Positions 13,601 through 24,200 of a stretch of 64,000 bases of DNA are shown in pieces. This DNA comes from Pocillopora damicornis (taxonomy: Eukaryota). The DNA is taken from NCBI RefSeq assembly GCF_003704095.1, contig NW_020843495.1, positions 62,001-126,000 of the forward strand. The letters are read 5' to 3'. Position 1 is the first letter of the stretch. Each line of letters opens with the position of its first letter. The notes under the pieces are model-generated. The model worked only from the letters and a program-made list of their open reading frames with translations, was not told the DNA's origin and made no database searches. Position numbers and translations under genes: made by a program.

Positions 13601-15481
13601 ACAAACGTGATTGAAGTGAAACTGATATTTTGTGTACTTAGCTATTTTTTCTGTCAGCAGAGACTTCATCTAAGTTTGGCATTTAAAATTAAGGAGTTCC
13701 TTGCTTGTATCGTCGCCGATACTCAGTACTTCAGCTTTGTCATGTTGGATAATGATAAACTAAAACAAGTTGATACTGCTAATATCGCATACACGCCGGC
13801 TTTTCTAGTTCTCCAGTTAAATTTTCCGCGAAAGAAACCTCTCTTCCTGAGATGCCCTTGGCAAAACGCGAAGTTTCAATGTGAACGGTAAACATGTAGA
13901 CACAACTTACCGGAAAATATTCGCTTGTTGACTCTGTGCTTGTCTTGCATTCTGTTCTTTTGAGGCCAAGTAGCAAAAAAATCGCAAGGTTCTGTTAAAT
14001 ACTCATCTCCTAAATCCACATCGTCAGTACCAATCCCTAGACCGCCATCCTCTGAAAAACTGTTATTTTCACCGTTGTAATCCTCTAAAGTTGCGCTTAA
14101 AAGTTTAATGTTGGAAAAATCTGGTGTAGGCGAGGTACTGCGGTGTGAATTAGCTGAAGAAGGACACGATGTATTCGCAGACGAATAGCCGGAAGAATAT
14201 GCACAACTAGCTGATGTTGACCAAGAGTTTGCACGGTGCCAGTTGGAGCTTGCCAAAAGATTTTCGTTAACCGCGTCGTCTTGGTCTATTGTGGTCAGGT
14301 TTTCACAAATTCGTGAAGGGTAATACCTTTCCGGTGAAGGATGTCGCTCAATTGTTACCGTGAGCGGTGTCCCTTGTAATTCATCCGAGTTATTCGGTCG
14401 AAAATCGAGAGCATGCCTCGGGCTGTAACAGAAGGACTCGTATAGTCCATTGATAAGTTTTTGTCGGATTTTACCTTTAGCACTTAAGGGTACAATTGTT
14501 TGTTGTGTTCCTTTCCGAGCGAGTTGTTCCAGGGTGACGTGATGTAATGACCACTTCCCACAAGCATTCTGCCTTTTTCGCCAAAATCGGTTAGCTCTTG
14601 TTTTTCCTGAATAGCCATTAAGTAAGAGAAAAAAATTGAAATTCATTACAAAACAAAACCATCCATACGCTGGGAAACTATTAATTCATACACATGAACT
14701 GGAAGGAAAAGAATTTGTCGAGTTAAAATAAATATTAATTACACCTTAAAAGTTATATTTTGTCTTTCTCTTACCGGCATGATGTTTTCGGCATCGACGA
14801 TCGCACTCCGCTGAAGGAGATGTCGAGCAATGTTGGTGATATTTCAACCTATAAATCAGAGAGATATTTGAAGATATTCGTTCTCGCCTGAACATTTAAA
14901 CACAAAACAGAAAGACTGTCAAGTCAGTTGTGCTCTGTATACACATTACTATTCATAGATAGTGAGTAGTTTTACAGTCAGGTCATTGCTGGTTAAATCC
15001 TCAAGCTTCTACCAACCTGCAATCCTGGCAACGCACCCCAAGAAATCGGATGACTTTTTTGCAACTGTCGCAATGGCTTCGACAGAGAATTTTCCGTGAA
15101 AAACTGCAAAGTAGAAGACAAAAAGCAGACTTAGATGACACAAATTGAATTTCACTCCTAACTCTGAGCAGGTGCGTGTTCATGACAATGAAAACCTTCC
15201 GCCGCTCAACTTTAATAAAACTATTGGGCATTTCCATCCGCAACTGCGAAATCTATTCCCGAAAAATATAGCCACCCCTGATGGAAAAATTGAAGGGCAA
15301 TTCCACGGAAGGAGGACCTTGACAATTTTTGCAATGTCCGCTTTTTCATTGAACATTTTTTGCTAAAACCAATTTAATGCTGTACGGTCGAAAAATCAAC
15401 ACAATCTCTGTGGTAATTGTTTTGATCACAGTATCCCTGAAACTCTTGCTTTGATTCTTACCTGTGAACGTCGACTTGCAT
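7610..15481 (-). CDS. KSR3: KSR/RAF-family pseudokinase (C1 domain, Ser-rich linker, degenerate kinase domain), KSR3-like, ~628 aa
   Basis: 14 phase-consistent coding exons: 15481-15462, 15103-15017, 14848-14775, 14606-13911, 12165-12111, 11169-11133, 10707-10622, 9894-9727, 9612-9516, 9104-8980, 8811-8677, 8458-8332, 8217-8134, 7705-7610. C1 domain HSF..CDSC..CQDC..HQHC..C; KSR-type kinase motifs EWSIPY, GRWHGD, RHENVVLFMGAC..PPNLAVITS, GMSYLHAKGI, YLAPEL, WP..IIWMIGKG; C-terminal ISFSEP. Family call is secure; the KSR3 subfamily call is from recalled motif loss. Confidence 0.88.
9285..9364. repeat. Pair of palindromes in a KSR intron (MITE-like remnant)
   Basis: tcaacctttaaattaaggttga (9285-9306) and gaaatcaaccttaattttaaggttgatttc (9335-9364). 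Confidence 0.7.
10345..10603. repeat. Interspersed repeat, related copy at ~58870-59120
   Basis: Shared blocks aacac.agtgcaaatta and aaatca...t.acctatact in both loci. Confidence 0.55.
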
Positions 15482-15484
15482 TCT

Positions 15485-16020
15485 CTAGCTCAGATTTCTG
15501 CTTGCTGAGGATTGTAAAAAGACATCGTCAAGTGTGAGTGAAGCCAACACTTTCGCTTGAAAACCTACGAGCTTTGCTCTAGTTTGCGCTGTAGTGCGTC
15601 TATACCTTGCCTCCCAAACTGTGAATATGCAAATAATAGCAAATAATGTGTGATCTCCAGCTGCCAAGGACTGGCCAATGAGGAGAAACGTCTCTATAAA
15701 CATCAGTGAGGAATTATGCTCATTGCATGAATGCTGCACGTCTTCGAAAACAAGGAGATCGGCCCGCCGCTCTAAACAAAATAACCAGATACTTAATTCC
15801 TCCCTTTTAAATCACTTCTTTCGTTGGTTTCCATCTCTAGGCGTTAGAACAAAACAAAGACAAGAACGACAACTAGATATGTAAAATAAGTCGCCATGAA
15901 TTGGATAATGGGATCCGATAGAATAGACTTTACATAAAAGAACAGAGTAAGAAATATGTATGAGAAAATCCCTTACTTACCTTGAATAAATTCCGTTCTT
16001 CTCATTACTAGTTTTATCAT
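15485..16020 (-). other. Putative spliced 108-aa ORF upstream of, and in frame with, the KSR3-like CDS
   Basis: Exon 16020-15981 (donor GTAAGT) joins in phase to exon starting 15771 (acceptor tttgtttag); frame open to TAG 15487-15485, followed by AGA-ATG. Confidence 0.45.
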
Positions 16021-19000
16021 CAAAACGCGTTCTTTGACTCATTTTCAAAAGCACAAATTTATCATGCGTTGTTATTGAGATAAGCAGTTTAATTCTCGAA
16101 GCAATGAATTCGCTGGCTCTAACACAAATTGTACTCCCATACTTTCAAATCGAGGATTTTTAAAATTTTTTTTTTAATTTAATTTTTTTTTAGTTTTTGC
16201 AAGAAGTTCTGAAGTGAAAACTCTTATATAGTTCTCAGGAAATAAAAGGGATCGAAAGATTAAAACGGCCCGTCAAGTAATGGTCGAGCGCAGAAAGACT
16301 CAATAACAATCAGTGTGGTTTCTTCAAGTAGCCGAACCAACCAGACTAAAAAAAAAACGCAACTTTAATGCAAATCATGTGAAAATGAAATAGCTTTAAT
16401 CGGTTTTTTAGTGCATGTGCGTCTAAAAGTTACAAAATAAAAATACAATTATATCATGCTGGACCAACTTAACCACTTAGCAGCCAGCCACGTTACGTAA
16501 CTAAAAGTGAAGCGTAAATGAAAAACACCATTTTAGTTGACTTGATATCCCTATTTCATTCCAGTAAAGGCTAGAAAAGTCATAGACATCTTTGGCTCGC
16601 CTACATTTTAACTTAAAACGTGGTGACCAATTAAATCAAATTTTAACGCTCTCGTACCCGTCTTTCCTCGTGTTTTATTCCCGCTTTGCTGAAGCATGTC
16701 CAAAGAAAAAGTTTTAGTTTAACGTTCATTCTCTTTTATAAGACAGAGCAACAGAAAGCTGATCATCAGCAAGAGTCTTAATAGAATTTTTACCATTTTT
16801 CTGGCGGTTCAACTTTTAGCAACCTTAAACATGAATATATTCATTTCGAGCCGGATCATTTTTAATCGTACAGCCAAATTCATCTAAATCTATAGAAAAC
16901 AGAACCTTAGGAATCTCTCTATCGTCTCTCTAAATAATTTTAATTCATGTTTGATGCAAAGCTAGATCTCCTGGCTGGGTGTCGCTTTCTGAGTGCTGTA
17001 CATTCCGAGCGTTTTTGAAAGAGCTAAGGAAACCAACAATTCGCAAAAATATTTTTGCTTTGGATAAAAGAGTGCGACCACAGTAAGTTGATTCGCCCAC
17101 CATGTACTCCATAATTTCTATTCAAGAGAAGTAAGTCCTTTCATGAAGCCTTGATCCGTACTCTGAAGAAACTTATGAATAAGACACGTGGGACTTGAAT
17201 AAAGTGCTAATTAACCCGATCACTCAATCATTGCATACTAATTTCCGCCTACAGCAAAATGAATGTAAGACTAAAAGCTTTATCGCCTCTTCATCTGGAC
17301 ATGATACTAGTGAGTCTGTGGAATTTAGGTTTGTTTGTATGTCTTCTTTTTGTATAAATATTGATTGTTTTAATAGCGGAATAATAATTTAGGATGGATG
17401 TCTCGTCATTTGATTATCATAATAAAAATTCATGCATTATTCAGCAGGAGGAAGTTACTTACCTTTGTTATATCATTCACTGGTGAAGACAAAGGGCTTA
17501 GAACTTCCCACAAAATTCTGTATTTTAACGCCCTTGGTTCTAAAGTCCATGAGAAACATGAAATACTCAACGTAAAATACTCAATGTGAAATACTCAAAA
17601 ATAAAAAAAATTAAAAAAAACCGAAATTCATAGTCATCTTGTTATCACCCTCCTTTATCATTTTTGGAAATTACCAATAAGTAAATAAGAGCCCGGGCGC
17701 TCAATAGAATCGTTACTGGAAGAACATTAACTTCTTGTAACACACAAGAAATTAGTGAAATCTGTATTTCAGGCCAAATGGACCGGACCACTCTAACGGA
17801 GGCTCTGTCTCAATGTGTCTATATTGTTTGTACATTATAATTTTGATCATTTCGTTATTTTCGCTAAGGGAGAGAAAATCCTGTAATTGACTGCCTTTAG
17901 AAAAATGTGTTTGCATTGACTGCGAAAGCTAACAACCGACTTGACATTTAAATGATACCTTGTTTAAGTCGGATTCACAGCTGACACGGAAAAGAAATCT
18001 CACCAACTGCACCGTTGACCAGCTTTGCACGATCAGCTCTACCTCAGGGTAGAAACTCAGGAAATCCACAGAAAAATCGCTAGCTTTCTTTTTATATGCT
18101 TTTAAATAGGATGCACATTTGACGTGCATTCCAGGTGAAGACGTTGGTAACCTATCATTAATTCTGGAACACGTTTCCCTCCTAATTACTAACATGTTTC
18201 ACTTGCAAATCATTAATCATGCTCGTGTCACGTTTCAAAAAACTCTTCCCTACCCTCCTGAAAGTGTGAGATTGTTTTTGTTACAATTCAAACCTTTCTT
18301 TCCGCTTCACCTGTGGAATGGTATTTTTGTCTCTGTTTGTTTCCGCCTCATGGAACTTCTCTCGATAAATATTTGGTGCTTTTTAGCGTTTGCGCTTTTT
18401 TTCGGATTGGAGGAAGTAAAGATCGAAAAACAATCTTTATAAACATACTACCAGACCGTTTAGGAAATGTCCACCCACAATGCATACATGCACGTTGCTT
18501 GGTTTAAGAGATTGTAGATTTTTCTTTGTCTCCAAGAGAGAAAACGTGCCAAACACATATGCACATGCAGCGTGAGACTACATACCAGTGCAAATAACGC
18601 AAAAAGGGAATGTCTTCCTCACCTTCTAATCGACCTTTAGATATGAGTGTCCATTAGAAAGCCAGTGTTTCACTTCCAACGGGATTCAACCATCTATTAT
18701 TCAAAAATTTAACATATGGAAGGGGGCTCTTACTATTGGTAACGCAATGAACAAACAATTCGTGGGTGTCGTGGGATCTCGTGCGAATGCTGGATGCGAT
18801 CTTTCCCCTTTCCAATGCCTTTTCACCCGTGGGTATAAATAGTCTCTGTGAATTATCGAGGTCAGCAAAAGGAAATAAATGCTGAGGCAGTGAGTGCGCC
18901 AGACCACAGCACGTGCTGCCGGCTCTTGAGCTTCAACCAAGATTTGTTTCAGAATGCTTTTATTATTTTACAGGAAACACATTTTGTGAGTAATCTCTTT

Positions 19001-19354
19001 AACAAATTTGTTTGTGAAACCCTTCAACCTCCTTTTTTCCAAATGTTTAGCTTTAAATACTTACTGTTTCCAAATTTGCCAAAGGAGCGAAGTTTGTGAG
19101 GAAACCTTCTTTGGGCTCTGACCAGTGGATTGTTACATTGCTGCAAGTTCATACTTGTATAGCCTCTGAAGACACATTGTTGTTTTGCCTCGAAATGACT
19201 ATATAGCAGTTATGACCGAAACGAAAATCAATAAAACGAAAATCAACGAGAAAGTTATATAGATTTATAGCTACGGCTATAACTGGCTAGGGCTGTTGCC
19301 AATGACCCATATCTGTTTACATAACACAAAACAACATTCAAACCATAATAATCA

Positions 19355-19590
19355 AGGGGGGTAGTTTCTAAAGAAATTGTGGTGCTGCGTCGGTGGGAGA
19401 ATATAGCAAGGTATTTGATATTATCAACCGAGTTGGTAACGGAAACTGGCCACCGTTAAGAGTCTGAAAGCTGACGTTTTGACTGATAGCCCTTCATTAG
19501 AGCGAATGACGAAGGACTAACGCTTGAAACGTCAGCTTTCAAACTCCTATACGCTATCAACTCGGTTGATAATACCAAATTACCTTGTAA
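19355..19590. mobile_element. Penelope-like element remnant: inverted repeat with degenerate hammerhead cores
   Basis: Inverted arms attatcaaccgagttg / caactcggttgataat and aaagctgacgttt / aaacgtcagcttt; plus-strand (C)TGACGA-aggactaacgctt-GAAA-cg-TC-agc. Confidence 0.7.
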
Positions 19591-20711
19591 CATTTAAACC
19601 ACTCAATTTGCGAGGAAATCTTCATGTTTATTTGATCAGTTTTCCTTGTATCTTTTTTTCCACAGCCGCTGTTTTGTTTATATAATCGATTTAGTTTTAT
19701 TTTTCTCCACCTCGTTTCTGCCAAGTCGTTCAAAATATTTTGTGAGGTAACAATAGAATTTGACATACAAAAAGAATCCTTCTATGGAATAATTAACATC
19801 CAGAGAGAATTAATTTATTCTCCTGTCAGAACTTGATTGTCAATTGACAGAGGTCAATAGTTTACGACAGCACTTACACATATCTCAGAGCTCCCCTTCC
19901 CATCTAGCAGCCAAGGTTGTGCACGAGAAAACTGGCATTTGTGAAAGAAAAAACTGGCGTCCATGCATCCATTCGTAACTTAACGAATGCAGACATACAA
20001 TATGACTGCACTTACAAATGTTACTTTATCTTATTTTCTCGATTGCTGATTTTTCCCAGTGTAACAATAAAGGGTTAAAAAAAAAAGGACATGGTTCCGG
20101 TGTAATAAGGAAAAACATGTGCATTAGAACGTTGGAGTCGTGTCAAAGTCGTCAACAGTGTCGCGCGCTCAAGTCACATTCGCGAGAGCCGTATAACAGT
20201 CGCGAGCCGTGTCTCGTTCAACAGTCGCTTGACGATATTTACATCCGATACCGTAAGAGATATATCTGAGGAAAGAAAAGAAAAACAGACTCACTTCCAA
20301 TCAGTATTTTTTGGATACTTTTACTAAACAAAGTACTAATATAATTTAGATCAAAAGAATGTTCGGACCCGCCACGTATTTCCTGTTTCTAAAATATATT
20401 TACTGGCTACAAGGAATAGGTTATTGACTCAGATCTAATAACTTGAAAGTATTTGTCCTAGTATTGTCTATTTACTATTTTAATACAACTTCTTACTTGG
20501 ACTCTGTATTTGATATCTATATCATATGAATAGCTAGACAAAACACTATGCGCCTATTTCTTTGAAGCCCTGCCTATACAACCGAAAACTACTGTAGTCT
20601 TTCTTCCAACTGAAAACCCCTACTACGATTCTTAATATTTTTTTTTTTCAATTGCCGTCTTCCCAAGCTTCCTTTGTGGGAACGATAGGGTTAATTTGTT
20701 GTACAATCACC

Positions 20712-20717
20712 TTTATT
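20712..20717 (-). terminator. Candidate polyadenylation signal for SNX27
   Basis: AATAAA on the minus strand ~500 nt after the stop at 21215. Confidence 0.45.
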
Positions 20718-21214
20718 TACACGCATCCAAGAATGGAAATTGTGTAGTACTCAAAATCAAATACAACATTATAAATGTGTTGAACTCTCCTAAGTGGATA
20801 AGGCGTGAATCCTAATGGTTCCTCTAACGAAAGATTCAAAGGTCAGAAACAGTGCAATCTTTCTTTAGGCATGAAAAATCATCGATGTCTTCTATCTGCC
20901 AAAGATGCGAGACTTTCAGACTTCATTCAAGGTTGCGGTTGTAGTTGATTACTAAGTTTTGTGTCAGAGTTAAAACGGTAAATCTTGAAGCAAATCGACT
21001 TTACACAGGCCTCTATCAGTAGAAGTTAGCCGTGAGTAAAAAAGTATTGTCTATCAGGAGCTGACAGTTCATATGCCTCGAAGAAGCCTCAATAATGATC
21101 ACTAGTAGCTTTTAAGGCACAAATTGAAGCTCTGTTGGCAACACACGTGCTTCTAGTGAAGTAAAAAATCCAGCGAGGAAAGCCAATCTCAGACCATTTC
21201 TACTTGTACTTAAT

Positions 21215-24200
21215 TCACAAGTCCTCATCTTCGATGGCGGAATTAAAATTCTTTGAGGACGTCCTTGGCATTGAAAATTTATTATTCTTGGCAGAGTATG
21301 GTTTGGTATGACTCTTCTGGTTGGAAGCGGCAGAGATCTCCTAAAGAAAGAGAGCATATAAGTTTACTGCTCAGCGGTCCTCCTATTCTCATGGTATTGG
21401 AACGTACAGTTCTCGACATACTCTGGCTGGAAACTCCAGAACATTAACTTGTTGAAATACATCGTGTAAATGGCAAGTCAGTACACAGGCGGCCCAAGCT
21501 CCAGCTGTGAGATGATCATCTTGCGAAATAAGAGTCATGGCGAAATTATAAGAGTTTGTATGGGAATATTTTACGACCGCTCTTAGGAGTAAAAATACAG
21601 TCAAATTCTCAATAAAAATACCTCACCTTACTTCCACAGTGCATCGCTTGCTATCTGACCGCTTACTATGTTGAAAAGAACCCATTTTGGCGAGTTATCC
21701 ATTTCTAGGTTTACTGCGTAAATAAGAAAAGCTTCTCTTGCGTACGTAGTAAACAGAAATTGATAACTCGCTAAAATGGGTTCCTTTCAACATAGTAAGC
21801 GCTCAGATAGCAAGCGATGTACTGTGGAAGTAAGGTGAGATATTTTTATTGAGAATTTGACTGTATTTTTTATTCCTAAGAGCGGTCGTAAATATTCCCA
21901 TACAAACTCTTACAATTTCGCCATGACTCTTATTTCGCAAGATGATCATCTCACAGCTGGAGCTTGGGCCGCCTGTGGTCAGTACAAGCAAAAATGACAA
22001 ACAAAATCGGGCAAGGAAATGCGAATATTTGGGTCACCGCTAATCAGTCTAAATTCAGATGTCTTAGAGCGTTTTGTCTTGTTTGTATTCTTTCACGTGA
22101 AACCTCTTACGGAAGAGTATCCATATGTAGGTTCAGTGGAGGAGGACTGGGTAAGAGGCACGACGCTCTCTATAAAAGTAATACGAAGACACTGTCTGGA
22201 ACAGTCATGGCGCTAATGTAAGACTTGAGTTCCGTAAAAGGGAGGAGATTTCACAAGATAAGGTAAAGAAAATAAAATCATGTTCAATTTATGATACTAC
22301 TTGCGACGAAAGCGAGTTACGTTGAAAACAAAGCAAAACAAAACAAACACATCCACGCTCGGTGCTTCAATGACCACACTGAAGTCGATCGAAGCTATTG
22401 AAGTATGTATAATGTACGCGTGACACAGTCACAGCTTGAGTAGATATCGTTCACCTACCGTTTCCTGTGAATCTGTAATGTCCCCAGTTGCTTCTTCTGA
22501 TGGCATGTTTGCCTTCATTCCGCCTGGATACAATGGTAAAATACCATCCTGTAACAAACCAGTTGGCAATTAGACACATCGTTTGTATCGTACCCCACAG
22601 TCGTGGATGTTAAAGCTCTCCACATTTCATTAAAAAAGTGAACACAGCAATCAATTGTAAGGTGGGGCTCGGGTGCTGTTATTAAGAAAATCAGTTACAA
22701 ATCGAACAAAATCTTGTTTGGCAAAACCTCTCCAAAAGAAAACAACAACTTACGACTGCCGTTAATTAACCCTTTAACTTCCATGAGTGACCAAGACTGA
22801 ATTTCTCCTTTCAATATCAAACAAGTGATGCCGGAGAATAAGAGAAAAACTTAAATTAGGGAATTACTGGTTGATCCAATACCAAATTCTCAGAATTAAC
22901 ATCATGAGACGAATCGCATGGCAGGTAGTAAAGAAAATCACTCATTAGATCTTAGGAGTGAATGGTTTAAGAGAGTGATCAGTAAGCCCATGCCTAACTA
23001 CAAAAAAACATTTCTCGCGGGAAAACTAAACTTTGTAACTAAGCTTTCTAGTTAAGAATACTATGGCCTTGCGTATCGAGACTTTTCGATGAAAAAACAA
23101 CTTCGCTAACTTTGTGGGTCACAAGCCTGTTGAGACCAGATGGAAGCATTTCAGTTTCTTGCAAACCTATCGACTTAAAGTCCAGTCGATTTCAGAAATA
23201 TAAAGTTGTGTATAAAGTTCCCCATTCTGAGGTAACCTTGTTATTCATTTCGATCTCAGCCATGACTCTGTCAACGCACGCATTCATATAAACATACTGC
23301 AAAAAAAAGACGAAAAAAACATTACGAAAAGAGCCCTGGCCAACAAATGTAACATGAAAAACAAGGTAAGGCCGGTGCACAGTCCAATTTCTCACTGTTC
23401 CCCACCATGACCCTCATACACTCGACCACACGCACTAGGGACGATATTTTACCCAGTCATTCAGACAGTCACCATTCATGCCAACCCTATCTATGGTGAC
23501 ATCGATTTCAGATAACCTTGGCCTTTAATATTTTCCCAATGACCACACGCTCTTGACATGTTGTAAAGCGACCTCTTCTCAATTAAATCACAACGTCTAT
23601 TTCTTAATTAGTGCCGAGACGATGAGGTTCTCTCACCAAGAAAATGACGAAACGGGCTGATTTCGCATTCTTTGTTTGTTAAGATAATTTCATGGTTTTA
23701 TAACCATTGAACTTCTCATCGAGTCTTTTTTCATAACGTTCTCAGCGCCACAATTCCGCAAGTCTCGGCGGCCGTCGCGATCGCTCACTCTGCTAGGAAA
23801 TATTATTTAGTTGGCCGGTCATTCATTAACGAATGGAAAAAGCACATAAAATATCTACTTACATATGTGGAATATACTTTAACCCATTTTGGCTTTTTAT
23901 CCCCCTTTTTGTACTCAAAACAAAATGCCATTGCTTCTCTATCAGCCTCCCATTGTGTCAGCTCCTCCCAGTTAAATGTGTGCTCCTGCTCCTGTTGAAA
24001 CAAAGAAGCCGGCCAACTCACTCGCCATTTTAATAATGATAACAAAATAAGTGGGATTTAGCAGAGGGAGTTCCACGAGGTGGCTCTTCTTGTCCGCTGT
24101 TTCTAGGTAGAATTGGACCCGGAGAAAAAACCCTCGGAGCAAGGACGAGAATTAACAACAAAACTCAACCCACATGTGACACCAGGTCCAGGAATTGAAC

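Noticed and set aside
15500-15600. AKLV and LTLD words in the upstream ORF recalling the KSR1 CC-SAM domain
   Set aside because: Spacing is far shorter than in KSR1, so homology cannot be claimed without a profile search.
19155-19210. CTGAAGA...GAAA hammerhead-like string
   Set aside because: No convincing helix II or cleavage-site pairing.
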